The translations under genes were made by a program, and so were the position numbers. Shown here piece after piece: positions 8,086 to 17,111 of a stretch of DNA of 34,881 bases. The DNA comes from Gemmatimonadaceae bacterium. Its GTDB lineage: Bacteria; Gemmatimonadota; Gemmatimonadetes; Gemmatimonadales; Gemmatimonadaceae. The notes under the pieces were generated by a model that ran no database searches, was not told where the DNA came from, and worked only from the letters and a program-made list of their open reading frames with translations. How positions within the stretch are numbered: position 1 is the first letter of the stretch; every line of letters starts with the position of its first letter. Where the stretch lies: positions 1 to 34,881 of the forward strand of contig DATEHJ010000285.1 of assembly GCA_035279645.1 (NCBI GenBank), given 5' to 3'.

Positions 8086-9993
8086 ATGAACGCTCCAGAT
8101 CTCGTCGCGCTCGTCCATCTCGTCGGTTTCGTCACCGGCATTGCGCTCTACGGCATGCTGGCGGTGATGATCTGGCGCGGTGCGCGGCGTGGGGAGGCTG
8201 TGGCGCGCGGCGGAATTCCCTTGCTCGCCGCGATTCTCGGATTGATCTGGAATGCGGCCGCGCTGGTTGTGTTCGGGTCGCACGACTTTGGCCTTGGCGA
8301 GCTCAGTCCCTGGTACTCCGCGCTCGCCTACACCGCGCTGGGATTCCTGCCGGCGGTTGTCGTCGATGCCGCGACGCGGACGCCACAGCGACGAGCTGGC
8401 CCGCGTCCGCTCGCGATCTTCGCCTACGGGCTGAGCGGCATCGGCGGTGTCCTGCAGGCCATCTCCGTCGTTAGGCGCGACGCGTTGTCGACGAACGGGC
8501 TGCTCCTGCTCACCCTTGGCTACGCGCTCGTCATTCTGTTCTTCGGCGTCTCCGCGCGGCGGCGACGTGAATCGTCACGGGCGCTCACCGCTGTCGCGCT
8601 CGCCGCGTTCGCCGTGTCGGCGCTGCATCTGAGTCGCCACTCGAGTGCGAACGATTCGTGGGTCGTCGAGCTCATCGGCCACCATGCATCGCTTCCGCTG
8701 GTTCTCGTCATTCTTTATCAGGATTTTCGCTTCGCGCTCGCCGATCTCTTTCTCAAGCGAGCGCTTTCCGTCCTCGCCCTCATTGCCGTCGTCGTCGCCG
8801 CGTACGTGATGCTCATCGCGCCGCTCATTGGACGCGATCCCGACGCGCTGCGCATCGGCGTGCCCGGAATGCTCCTCACGGTGTGGGTCGGGACAGCGCT
8901 ACTGTATCCTCTCTTACGTCGCACGACCGACCGATTTGTCGATCGCGTGATGCTGCATCGCGTCGACTACCGCGAGGTCCGGCACGAGATGGCGCGGGCG
9001 CTCTCGGCGGCGACTGCACCTAACGAGGCACTGGACGAGGTGTGCCGGCGACTCGCGGCGGCGCTGGCGCCTGGGAAGGTGCACTGGCGCGAGGTTCCGA
9101 ATCAGAGCGCTGGTCTCCATGGAGGCGCGCTCGAGACCGCCACCGGACCGCGCACCGCGGAGGTTTCCGTCCCGACGAACGACGCGCCGGGTTATGTTCT
9201 CGATGTCGCGTCGCTCGGCGCCGGCCGGCGCTTGATGTCGGATGACATCGCGCTTCTCGACACCGCGGCAATGCTCGTTGGACGCCGCATCGACGAACTG
9301 CGCGTGAGCGAGGAACGGTACGAGCGCGACCTTCGCGAGAACGACATGCGGCGTCTCGCAACCGAAGCCGAGCTCCGGGCGTTGCGCGCGCAGCTCAATC
9401 CGCACTTTCTGTTCAATGCCCTAACGACGGTCGGGCATCTCATCACGACGTCGCCCCCGCGCGCGATCAATACGCTGTATCAGCTCACCGCGCTGCTGCG
9501 CGCCGTGCTGCGACGAACCGCCGACTTCGTTACCTTGCGCGAGGAGCTGCAACTCGTCGATGCCTACCTCGCGATCGAACAGGCGCGGTTCGAGGAGCGC
9601 CTGCACATCGAGCGCGACCTGCCCGACGAGCTCGGCGACGTGCTCGTCCCGCCGCTCATTCTGCAGCCAATCGTCGAAAACGCGGTGAAGCACGGCATAT
9701 CGCCGCTGAGGCGAGGTGGGACGATCTCGATTCGAGCGCGCGTCGAGCACGATCCGTTGGGCGACGGCGAGGTGCTGCGTCTCAGCGTAAGAGACACCGG
9801 TGGAGGAATCGCCTCTGATCGGCTGGCTGCTGGCCGCCGCCGCGGCGTCGGGCTCGCGAACGTGGAGAGTCGGCTACTGCGGTATTACGGAGCGTCGGGG
9901 CGCTTGCGCCTAACGAGTGAGCCGGGAGGGGGCACTCTCGTCGAGATCACGCTCGAGGCCAATCGCCGGCCCGCCTTGGCTGGGGCGATATGA
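8086..9993 (+). CDS. LytS/YehU-family sensor histidine kinase with polytopic N-terminal membrane domain
   Basis: LytS-type His-kinase box LNPHFLFNALTTVGHLI followed by an HATPase_c region (QPIVENAVKHG, DTGGGI, GVGLANV). About 8 predicted TM helices N-terminally. Start ATG 8086 (MNAPDLVALVHLVGF) preferred over the listed 7960. ATGA overlap with the regulator gene. Confidence 0.85.
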   Translation: MNAPDLVALVHLVGFVTGIALYGMLAVMIWRGARRGEAVARGGIPLLAAILGLIWNAAALVVFGSHDFGLGELSPWYSALAYTALGFLPAVVVDAATRTPQRRAGPRPLAIFAYGLSGIGGVLQAISVVRRDALSTNGLLLLTLGYALVILFFGVSARRRRESSRALTAVALAAFAVSALHLSRHSSANDSWVVELIGHHASLPLVLVILYQDFRFALADLFLKRALSVLALIAVVVAAYVMLIAPLIGRDPDALRIGVPGMLLTVWVGTALLYPLLRRTTDRFVDRVMLHRVDYREVRHEMARALSAATAPNEALDEVCRRLAAALAPGKVHWREVPNQSAGLHGGALETATGPRTAEVSVPTNDAPGYVLDVASLGAGRRLMSDDIALLDTAAMLVGRRIDELRVSEERYERDLRENDMRRLATEAELRALRAQLNPHFLFNALTTVGHLITTSPPRAINTLYQLTALLRAVLRRTADFVTLREELQLVDAYLAIEQARFEERLHIERDLPDELGDVLVPPLILQPIVENAVKHGISPLRRGGTISIRARVEHDPLGDGEVLRLSVRDTGGGIASDRLAAGRRRGVGLANVESRLLRYYGASGRLRLTSEPGGGTLVEITLEANRRPALAGAI

Positions 9994-10769
9994 GTCGCCT
10001 TCGGGTCGTCGTCGCCGACGACGAGCGGCCGGCGCGCTCCTTCCTCGTCTCTCTCCTCCGCCACTTCGAGGACGTGGAGTTGGTCGCCGAAGCGGCCAAT
10101 GGGACGGAGGCGGTCGAGCTCATCGAACGAGTGCAACCTGACCTCGCGCTACTCGATCTTCAGATGCCCGAAGTCGACGGCCTCGGCGTGGTGCGCCTCG
10201 TTCGCCGCGACCGTCTGCCTTTGATCGCGTTCGTCACGGCGTACGACGAATACGCCGTTCGCGCGTTCGAGATGAATGCCGTGGACTATCTGCTCAAGCC
10301 GGTCGACGCCGCACGGCTCCGTCAAACCATCAACCGAGCGATCGAGCGACTGGAGCAGGCGGAAATACACGTCGGCGACGGTGAGCGCGTTCGCGCCGCG
10401 GCGAGCGAGTACGCCGCGCACGCGCCGTCGCCGCTGCTGCGGCGCATCCCCGTCCGAAAGAAGGACGACATTTTTCTCGTGCCGGTCGATCAGGTCGTCT
10501 CGATCGTCGCCGACGGCGAGCTGCTCCATCTGCAGACGCGTTCTAACGATCGATACACGATCACCTATCGGCTGAAGGATCTCGAAGCGCGGCTCGATCC
10601 GGCGCAGTTCGTACGTCTGTCGCGCGGAACGATCGTCAGTGTGCCATCGATTCAACGCGTGACGCCGCTGCCTGGCGGGATGTACGTGCTCGTGCTGAAC
10701 AATGGCCAGCAGCACCAGGTGAGCCGGCTGCGCTCTCGGGTCCTGCGCGAACAGCTCCTGCGACTCTGA
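9990..10769 (+). CDS. LytR/AlgR-family response regulator (receiver + LytTR DNA-binding domain)
   Basis: Receiver motifs (RVVVADDE, DLALLDLQMPEVDG, AYDEYAVRAFE..AVDYLLKP). C-terminal LytTR pattern (IPVRKKDDIFLVPVDQVVSIVADGELLHLQT...). Translationally coupled to the kinase (ATGA at 9990-9993). Confidence 0.9.
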   Translation: MSRLRVVVADDERPARSFLVSLLRHFEDVELVAEAANGTEAVELIERVQPDLALLDLQMPEVDGLGVVRLVRRDRLPLIAFVTAYDEYAVRAFEMNAVDYLLKPVDAARLRQTINRAIERLEQAEIHVGDGERVRAAASEYAAHAPSPLLRRIPVRKKDDIFLVPVDQVVSIVADGELLHLQTRSNDRYTITYRLKDLEARLDPAQFVRLSRGTIVSVPSIQRVTPLPGGMYVLVLNNGQQHQVSRLRSRVLREQLLRL

Positions 10770-10775
10770 GGCGCG

Positions 10776-10791
10776 GGCGCCGTTAGGCGCC
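10776..10791 (+). terminator. GC hairpin GGCGCC-GTTA-GGCGCC just after the LytTR stop codon (candidate terminator/structured element)
   Basis: Two copies of the self-complementary hexamer GGCGCC (10776-10781, 10786-10791) around the tetraloop GTTA, 7 nt after the TGA at 10767-10769. No U-tract. The hairpin embeds one CGTTAGGC word (10781-10788). Confidence 0.35.
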
Positions 10792-10972
10792 GGTCGCCGC
10801 TCGCCACCAGCCGCTCGTCGTCGCGGCTGAACCAGTCATCGAAAAGTCGGCGCGTCGTCGCCGGCGCCGGCGTAGCCTCTACGGAAGCGGATCGAGCGTC
10901 TTCGGCTCGACGTCGTTCCAGTGCGACCGATCGCATGGTCGCCGACAGACCAGCATTACGCCTGAACCAGCC

Positions 10973-13399
10973 ATGATCAACGACACACACGTGCCTCGGA
11001 GTGCTCGCGCGAAGGCACCGTCTACCGAGCGATGGAAATTCGCGCTCGTCAGCGCGCTCACCGTCTCGCTCATGCTCGGCGCCGCGAGGCGGAGCGACGC
11101 GCTGGAGCGCGCTCGCTACACCGCCGGCGGCGACGTCTCCGGTGCCATCAGCGATAGCACCAGCGGGCAGCCGCTGTCATCGGCGGAGGTGACCGTTACG
11201 CAAAATGGAAACATCATCGCCAATACGCAGACCGACGGCTTCGGTCGCTATACCGTTCACAACCTGAGTGCGGGCAGCTACGTCGTGGCGGCGCGCCTGA
11301 TCGGCTTTCGTCCCGAGACGAAATCCGTCATCGTGCCGGCGACGGGCGGCGACGTGGTCAACATCGATTTCCGTCTCGTGCCGGCGGCCGTCAACCTAAC
11401 GGTGGTCAACGTCACCGCGAGCGTCCCCATCGCCGTCGACACGCGAACGGGCAACCAGGTTTTTCAGCAAAACGAGTATCACGGTGCGCCGACCAACACC
11501 ACGTCGCAGATTCTGCAGCTGAGCATCGCTGGCGCGGCGCGTGCGCCGACCGGCGAGGTGCACATTCGCGGACAGCACGCCGAGTACACCTATTACGTCG
11601 ATGGCGTCCCAGTGCCGTCTGGCATCTCGGGAAGCCTCAACGAGCTCTTCGACCCGCAGATCGTCAATCAGATCAACTTCCAAACAGGCGGTTGGGACGC
11701 CGAGTACGGCAACAAGAACGCTGCGATCGTGAACGTCACCACGAAAATCCCCGCCGGCGGATTCCACAGCAGCGTTGGCACGTATTTCGGCAGCTATGAC
11801 GAAAGCGCTACGACCGACCGCGGTTTCAATGGACAGTCGCTGAGTCTCAGCACGAACCGTGGGCCATGGGGGTTTTTCTTGTCCGGCGCGCGGCAATTCA
11901 GTGGCATGCGCATCGAGCCGGTCATCCTCGATCCGACGTCGGATAAAATTGAGAACTTTCACAACCAGGGCACCGACTACTTCGGTTTCGGGAAGATTCA
12001 ATTCGCGCCGAGCACGCATGACGTGCTCAGTCTCGACCTGAGCTCGTCGCGAACGAGGTTCCAGGTCCCGTACGACACGACGGGCAACACCTTCCTCGAC
12101 GACCATCAAACCGACGCCAACAGCTTCGCCAATCTCGGCTGGCGACACCAGTTCGGCCAAGGCGCCAGCGAGACAGAGAATGCTGATCTCTTCGCGGCTC
12201 TGTACTATCGCCACGGCACTCTCGATTACGTCCCGGGACTGCATGATACGCCACAATTCGTCTTCTTTCCGGATCCAAACCAGTACAACCTCGCTGAGAG
12301 CCGACAGTTCAACACGGTTGGCGTGAAGCTCGATTACACCATCCATCCTCGGCACGACCTCGAGTTCAAGCTTGGGACGCAGACATCGTCGACAAACGGA
12401 CACGAGGATTTCGTCACCACCGATGCCTCCGGCAGCAATGGTCCGTCGTCCAACTCCGGCCTCAAAGGGTGGGACGCTGGCGTCTTCGCACAGACGGCGT
12501 ACTCCCCGATCGAGCAATTCGAGTTGCGCACCGGCGTGCGGTACGACGCGCACAGCGCGCCGTTCGCCGGTACGCAGACGCAGGTGAGCCCACGCATTCG
12601 ACTCAATTTCTTCCCGTCCCCGTCGACCACGCTCTACGCCTACTATGGACGACAGTTTGTACCGACGAACGTCGAGGACCTGCGAGCGATCACGAGCGTC
12701 GCGCAGGGCGATACGACGACGGAGCCAACACTCCCCGAGCGCGACAATTTCTACGAGCTCGGGCTCATTCAGCGCTTCCCAGGGGGAGTGAATCTGAAGC
12801 TCTCCGGCTATCGCAAGGACTCGAAGCCGGGAATCGACGATAACACCGTCCCTGCCTCGGCGATCGTGACGTCGGTGAACATCGCCGACGTCCACGTGAC
12901 CGGCATCGAGACCGTCGTCGAGTTGCGTCCGCAGGGCCCGTTTACTGGCTACTTGAACGTCGCGCTCAACCACGCGTACGGCGAAGGGCCGATCACCGGT
13001 GGATTCTTTCCGACGGATACGCCGCAGGGCTTCTTCGACCTCGACCACGACCAGCGTCTCTCCATCGTCGCCAGCGCCACATACTCGTTCAATCGCCTCT
13101 ATTTCAGCGGGACCGGGATCTACGGGAGCGGTCTCACCAACGGCGTGGACCCGGCCGACTGCAATTTCAGCTATGGCACTGGCCTCTTCGATTTCAATCG
13201 TGGGGTAAAGGTCGACCCGAGCGCGATCTTCAACTTCAGCGCTGGCTATTCGTTCATTGCCGGCGCCTCCGTGCTGAGACCCGAGCTCTACGTCGAGAAC
13301 CTCTTCGACAAGAAATACTTGTTGAAGGGCGCATTCTTCAGCGGCGCCTCGGTGGCACGCCCGCGGAGCATTCAGCTCCGCTTCAATGTGGGCATGTAG
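10973..13399 (+). CDS. TonB-dependent outer-membrane receptor with N-terminal carboxypeptidase-regulatory-like domain
   Basis: Signal peptide. CarboxypepD_reg-like segment (GAISDSTSGQPLSSAEVTV..TDGFGRYTVHNLSAGSYVVAARLIGF). Plug motifs (VHIRGQHAEYTYYVDGVPV, GGWDAEYGNKNAAIVNVTTK). Long beta-barrel with alternating aromatic pattern to the C-terminus. Confidence 0.8.
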   Translation: MINDTHVPRSARAKAPSTERWKFALVSALTVSLMLGAARRSDALERARYTAGGDVSGAISDSTSGQPLSSAEVTVTQNGNIIANTQTDGFGRYTVHNLSAGSYVVAARLIGFRPETKSVIVPATGGDVVNIDFRLVPAAVNLTVVNVTASVPIAVDTRTGNQVFQQNEYHGAPTNTTSQILQLSIAGAARAPTGEVHIRGQHAEYTYYVDGVPVPSGISGSLNELFDPQIVNQINFQTGGWDAEYGNKNAAIVNVTTKIPAGGFHSSVGTYFGSYDESATTDRGFNGQSLSLSTNRGPWGFFLSGARQFSGMRIEPVILDPTSDKIENFHNQGTDYFGFGKIQFAPSTHDVLSLDLSSSRTRFQVPYDTTGNTFLDDHQTDANSFANLGWRHQFGQGASETENADLFAALYYRHGTLDYVPGLHDTPQFVFFPDPNQYNLAESRQFNTVGVKLDYTIHPRHDLEFKLGTQTSSTNGHEDFVTTDASGSNGPSSNSGLKGWDAGVFAQTAYSPIEQFELRTGVRYDAHSAPFAGTQTQVSPRIRLNFFPSPSTTLYAYYGRQFVPTNVEDLRAITSVAQGDTTTEPTLPERDNFYELGLIQRFPGGVNLKLSGYRKDSKPGIDDNTVPASAIVTSVNIADVHVTGIETVVELRPQGPFTGYLNVALNHAYGEGPITGGFFPTDTPQGFFDLDHDQRLSIVASATYSFNRLYFSGTGIYGSGLTNGVDPADCNFSYGTGLFDFNRGVKVDPSAIFNFSAGYSFIAGASVLRPELYVENLFDKKYLLKGAFFSGASVARPRSIQLRFNVGM

Positions 13400-13486
13400 G
13401 CGGAGTCGGTCACCAGACAATCGACGTCACACGCCAGGCTGAACGCGCCGAGCTGGTCGGGTTGATTTTTGCATAAGAGGAGGCCG

Positions 13487-15214
13487 ATGACCTCGGCCTT
13501 CGCGCGGCACGCCGTCCGCCGCTTCACCAACGCATCGGTGCTGGTGGCGTTCACGGCCGGCGGTTTACTCGCGCAAGGTGGCGCGTCGAGCTCATTGAGC
13601 TGCGACGGAAAGACCGTCCACGAGATCCGGGTGTCATCCCAGCGTCCGTCCTTCAAGGGCGAGGTCGCCTATTGGCGTCGTCTAGCGCGCACGCTCGGGT
13701 TGCACCACGCGACCACCGACACCGTCATCATTCGACGCTTTCTCGTTCTCAAGAGCGGCGGCAAATGTTCGGACTTTCGCGTGAAGGAGTCAGCGCGACT
13801 CCTGCGCCAGCAGCCGTTTCTCACCGACATCAGCGTCAAGGCGGTGCCTGACGACTCGGGTGGCGTCACGATCAACGTCGAAACGGTGGACGAAATTCCC
13901 GCCACCGCCGCGGCGTCCGTCGGCGGAGGGCGCGTCTCGTTTCTCGAAGTTGGCAATGAGAATCTGTTCGGCAAGGCGTGGCTGGGCGCAGTGCACGTTG
14001 CCGATCAGGAGATCGCAGGGCGCTCGGCAGGATTCCGCGCGAGCGACTACCAGTTCCTTGCGAAGCCGTATCAACTGGACGTCACCGCGGACTGGGGGCA
14101 AAACGCATCCTCCTGGCTCGTTGATGCGTTTCACTCGTATCTCACCGACTTGCAACGCATCGCCTGGCAGGTCGGAATCGCACGCGCGAGTCCGCAGCTC
14201 ATCGCGCTCAGCCGTGGCGAGGGCGTGGACCCGCTCGCGCTGGAGTTCAACACGTTCGGCGCCGACATCGGCGGTGTGGTGAAGCTCGGAGATTTTAAGA
14301 CTCCAATCTTGCTCGGCGGGATGATGACCATCACGCATCGTCAGGCGACCGGCGCTCTCGCCATCACGCGCCGCGGCCTCGAGTCGGATACGACGCTCCT
14401 CGGCCGCTATCCCAAGGTCTCGCGGGCACGCTTCGCGGGAATCGGCGCGTGGCGATATCTCAACTTCATCACCGTGCAGGGCTTCAATTCCCTCGCCGGG
14501 ACGGAAGACGTTCCCACGGGGGCGCAGTTGTTAGGTCAACTGGGTCGTGGTACGCACAGTCTCAGCGGCGCGAGCGATGTCTTTCTCCTCGGCGATGTCC
14601 TCGGTGGAATCGGCTCGGGAAAGAGCTTCGCCGAGATTCATCTCATCACTGAAGGACGACATCAGATCGGACAGTCAGACTGGGATGGCATCGTCACCAG
14701 CAGCATGCTGGCAGTGTACCTCAAGCCGAGCGATCTCGATCTCGCACGCTGGTGGGGCGAGTTCGAAGGAGGTTGGCGCGTACAGGCGCCATTTCAGCTC
14801 GGCCTCGACACGGAAGGACAACGGCTGATCGGGTATCGCGCGGCGTTGTTCGGTGGTCGTCGCGCGGCGACGGGATTTCTGATGCGCCACATCGTGCCCG
14901 GCGCCACGAAGTACGGCGATGTCGCATTCGGCGTGTTCTTGAACGCGGCGCGGTTGTGGGCAGGTGACGCGCCCTTCGGGATGAACACGCCGGTGTTGCC
15001 GAGCGCCGGTGTCAGCCTCTTTGGCGCGATGCCACATGGTTCGCAGCGAACGCTACGGATCGATTTCGGCAGGGCGCTCCGGAGCGATGTCGTCCGATCG
15101 GGTTGGGAGGTGCGGCTCGTATACAGTGATTTCACGCGTCGCATTCTCAGCGAGCCGGCCGATATTTTTGGCGCGCGCGAACCGCTCGTCGGGCCTAATG
15201 TGCTCCGGCCCTGA
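13487..15214 (+). CDS. Outer-membrane protein with N-terminal POTRA-like domain and beta-barrel (Omp85/TpsB superfamily-like)
   Basis: ATG 13487 is preceded by AAGAGGAGG (13475-13483); the listed 13469 is a TTG. Signal peptide. POTRA-like segment (VHEIRVSS...VIIRRFLVLKSGGKCSDFRVKESARLLRQQPFLTDISVKAVPDDSGGVTINVETVDE), then about 400 aa of barrel-like sequence. Family assignment is tentative. Confidence 0.55.
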   Translation: MTSAFARHAVRRFTNASVLVAFTAGGLLAQGGASSSLSCDGKTVHEIRVSSQRPSFKGEVAYWRRLARTLGLHHATTDTVIIRRFLVLKSGGKCSDFRVKESARLLRQQPFLTDISVKAVPDDSGGVTINVETVDEIPATAAASVGGGRVSFLEVGNENLFGKAWLGAVHVADQEIAGRSAGFRASDYQFLAKPYQLDVTADWGQNASSWLVDAFHSYLTDLQRIAWQVGIARASPQLIALSRGEGVDPLALEFNTFGADIGGVVKLGDFKTPILLGGMMTITHRQATGALAITRRGLESDTTLLGRYPKVSRARFAGIGAWRYLNFITVQGFNSLAGTEDVPTGAQLLGQLGRGTHSLSGASDVFLLGDVLGGIGSGKSFAEIHLITEGRHQIGQSDWDGIVTSSMLAVYLKPSDLDLARWWGEFEGGWRVQAPFQLGLDTEGQRLIGYRAALFGGRRAATGFLMRHIVPGATKYGDVAFGVFLNAARLWAGDAPFGMNTPVLPSAGVSLFGAMPHGSQRTLRIDFGRALRSDVVRSGWEVRLVYSDFTRRILSEPADIFGAREPLVGPNVLRP

Positions 15215-15229
15215 ACGCGGCGTGGAGAC

Positions 15230-16045
15230 TTAGTGCGTGTCGACCAGGTTGAACCGGTAGCCTACCCCGGGCTCCGTCACGATGTACCGCGGCCTAACGA
15301 CATCCCGCTCGATCTTGCGTCGCAGATGCGCCACCTGCACACGCAAATATTGTTGTGCGTCGCCATACGTGCGGCCGCTCCATACTTCGCGAAAGAGCTG
15401 CTGATGTGTGAGCGTCCGACCCGCTTGTGTCGCGAGCACGCGCAGCACGTCCCACTCCGTTCGCGTGACATGTACGTACTCGCCTTTCACGGTCACGGTG
15501 CGCGCCACGAGATCGATCACGAGATCACCCGACTCGATGCGCGTATCCGCATTCGCCGTCTCGCTCTTCGCGGCGCGGCGGAGCAGTGCCCGGACACGCG
15601 CTTGCAGCTCCGTCGTGCTGAATGGTTTCGTGACGTAGTCGTCGGCGCCGGCATCCAGCAGTGCGACCTTCTCCGTGTCGGAGTGACGCGCCGACAGCAC
15701 GAGAATCGGCGCACGCGTCAGCGCGCGCAGCGCGCGGCACAAGTCCGCGCCCGACATATCCGGCAAGCCGAGATCGAGCACGATGAGCTCCGGACGCTCC
15801 GTGCTGCCCGCGTCGAGACCACTCGCGGCGTCCTTCGCCTCGACGATCCGCGTCGTCGGACTCTGTAGCGCGGAGCGCACGATGCGCCGGATCTGGGGCT
15901 CGTCGTCGATGACGAGGACCGTGAGTGATGTTGCCGGACGAGAAGGCTTGGATTCGGACGTCGCCACGATGTGATAGTCGCGGTTCTCTATCTGAGAGAA
16001 GCTTAACAAGCCAAGCCGCGCGATACCCGTGCTTGACAGTTCCAT
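15230..16045 (-). CDS. kdpE: OmpR-family response regulator, KdpE-like
   Basis: Close resemblance to KdpE through both domains (LDLGLPDMSGADL, PILVLSARHSDTEKVALLDAGADDYVTKPFSTTELQARVRALLRR, LTHQQLFREVWG, YLRVQVAHLRRKIE, RPRYIVTEPGVGYRF). About 45 aa precede the receiver domain. An internal GTG at 15967 is an alternative start. Confidence 0.85.
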   Translation of the reverse strand: MELSSTGIARLGLLSFSQIENRDYHIVATSESKPSRPATSLTVLVIDDEPQIRRIVRSALQSPTTRIVEAKDAASGLDAGSTERPELIVLDLGLPDMSGADLCRALRALTRAPILVLSARHSDTEKVALLDAGADDYVTKPFSTTELQARVRALLRRAAKSETANADTRIESGDLVIDLVARTVTVKGEYVHVTRTEWDVLRVLATQAGRTLTHQQLFREVWSGRTYGDAQQYLRVQVAHLRRKIERDVVRPRYIVTEPGVGYRFNLVDTH

Positions 16046-16104
16046 CAGCGGACCGCAGTTCTCAGGTCGGGTCCTGACGACATCTTCGGAAGGAGCGTGG
16101 CACT

Positions 16105-17061
16105 ATGCGGCGTTCGACGACGGTTGTCGACGGTGCAGTAGGCGGTATGCTCGCAGGGGCGGTCGTGGCCGGCTGGTTTTTCGTGGTTGACCTCGCGACG
16201 GGTCACCCATTTCACACGCCGCAGGTGCTCGCGGCGGCGCTGCTCGGACACGAGCCGACACTCGCGACGGCGCGTCTCGTCGCCGTTTACACGTTGCTCC
16301 ATCTGGGCGTGTTCACACTGCTCGGCATCGGCGGCGCGTGGCTGATGCACGTCACTGGTGAGGTGCCACGCCTCCTCACCGGCGCGCTCTTCGGCGTCGG
16401 TGCGCTGAGCGCGACGCACTACGGCGGATTGCTCCTCCTCGGCGTACCAGTCCTGACGTTATTGCCCCCCGTCCATGTTCTGGCCGCGAATCTCGTTGGC
16501 GGAGTGGCGATGATGCTGTATCTGCATCAGGCAACGCAGGAGTCCGTGCCGTTCGGCCCGGCGATGCTCAAGAACTATCCCCTGATCGTCGACGGGTTGT
16601 TAACGGGCACGATCGGCGCGGCGGCGATCGCGCTCTGGTTCCTGATCATCGACGCGCTCGCCGGGCACCCGCTCTTCACTCCAGCCGCGTTAGGCTCGGC
16701 GTTCCTGCTCGGTGCACAGTCTCCGAACGATGTTCAGCTCACGGTGGGGGTCGTTGTTGCGTATACGCTGATTCACGTGCTGGCGTTCTTCGCCGTCGGC
16801 GTTGGCATCGAATGGGGTGCTCGGCAACTCGAGCGCTTCCCGTCGTTCTGGCTCGTCGCGCTCATGGCCGTCATCGTGCTCGACGTTCTCTTCGTCGGCA
16901 TCGTCGGCAGTCTCGCGCTCTGGGTCCTCGGCGCCGTTGGGCTCTGGGCGGTCGTAATCGGCAACCTGTTATCCATGGGCGCGATGGGCTATCGGGTGTG
17001 GCGAGAGCGTCCCGAACTTCGAGAACGCTTTGCGCGTATGCCTGAAGCGACGCGGGCATAG
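16105..17061 (+). CDS. Polytopic membrane protein of unknown function, built from two homologous ~4-TM halves
   Basis: ATG 16105 is preceded by GGAAGGAG (16088-16095). About 8 hydrophobic helices. Residues ~7-140 align with ~161-297 (see finding). No known family recognised. Confidence 0.75.
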   Translation: MRRSTTVVDGAVGGMLAGAVVAGWFFVVDLATGHPFHTPQVLAAALLGHEPTLATARLVAVYTLLHLGVFTLLGIGGAWLMHVTGEVPRLLTGALFGVGALSATHYGGLLLLGVPVLTLLPPVHVLAANLVGGVAMMLYLHQATQESVPFGPAMLKNYPLIVDGLLTGTIGAAAIALWFLIIDALAGHPLFTPAALGSAFLLGAQSPNDVQLTVGVVVAYTLIHVLAFFAVGVGIEWGARQLERFPSFWLVALMAVIVLDVLFVGIVGSLALWVLGAVGLWAVVIGNLLSMGAMGYRVWRERPELRERFARMPEATRA

Positions 17062-17111
17062 CAGTGCGGGGTGCCATATAAAAAAATCATGAAAAACTGA
17101 TGCCCGTACTG
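17062..17111 (+). promoter_or_regulatory. Inverted repeat (CAGTGCGGG / CCCGTACTG) enclosing a strongly AT-rich 32-nt island upstream of the KimA-like gene
   Basis: CAGTGCGGG at 17062-17070 pairs with CCCGTACTG at 17103-17111 (9 bp including one G-U). The loop GTGCCATATAAAAAAATCATGAAAAACTGAT is the most AT-rich stretch in the window. It contains TATAAA and, on the minus strand, TTTTCA...TTTATA T-tract half-sites. Confidence 0.3.

Noticed and set aside
11396-13420. Very long antisense or alternative-frame ORFs: the 674-aa ORF opposite the TonB-dependent receptor, 26245..27711 and 28050..29180 opposite the RND/adaptor genes, 17627..18745 inside the KimA-like gene, and 5327..5941 as an upstream extension of PAP2 paralogue 3.
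   Set aside because: Their products are Arg/Asp/His/Glu-rich and low in complexity, as expected from stop-poor off-frames in high-GC DNA. In each case the opposite or other frame carries clear family motifs. There are no RBS or start signals.
13400-13468. Imperfect hairpin CCAGGCT...AGCTGG followed by TTGATTTTT after the TonB-dependent receptor gene, as an intrinsic terminator. A 7-bp stem GTGAGCG/CGCTCAC (6854-6897) between the convergent PAP2 and lipoprotein genes was also considered.
   Set aside because: The stems are bulged or enclose 10-30-nt loops, so predicted stability is low. They are noted but not called as features.
11402-15292. Word-free stretches (936-4213, 4594-8468, 11402-15292, 16695-19367 covering the KimA-like gene) as possible horizontally acquired islands.
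   Set aside because: With a mean spacing of about 1.4 kb, gaps of 3-4 kb among 25 intervals are expected under random placement. I saw no integrase, tRNA, direct repeats or obvious composition shift at their borders.
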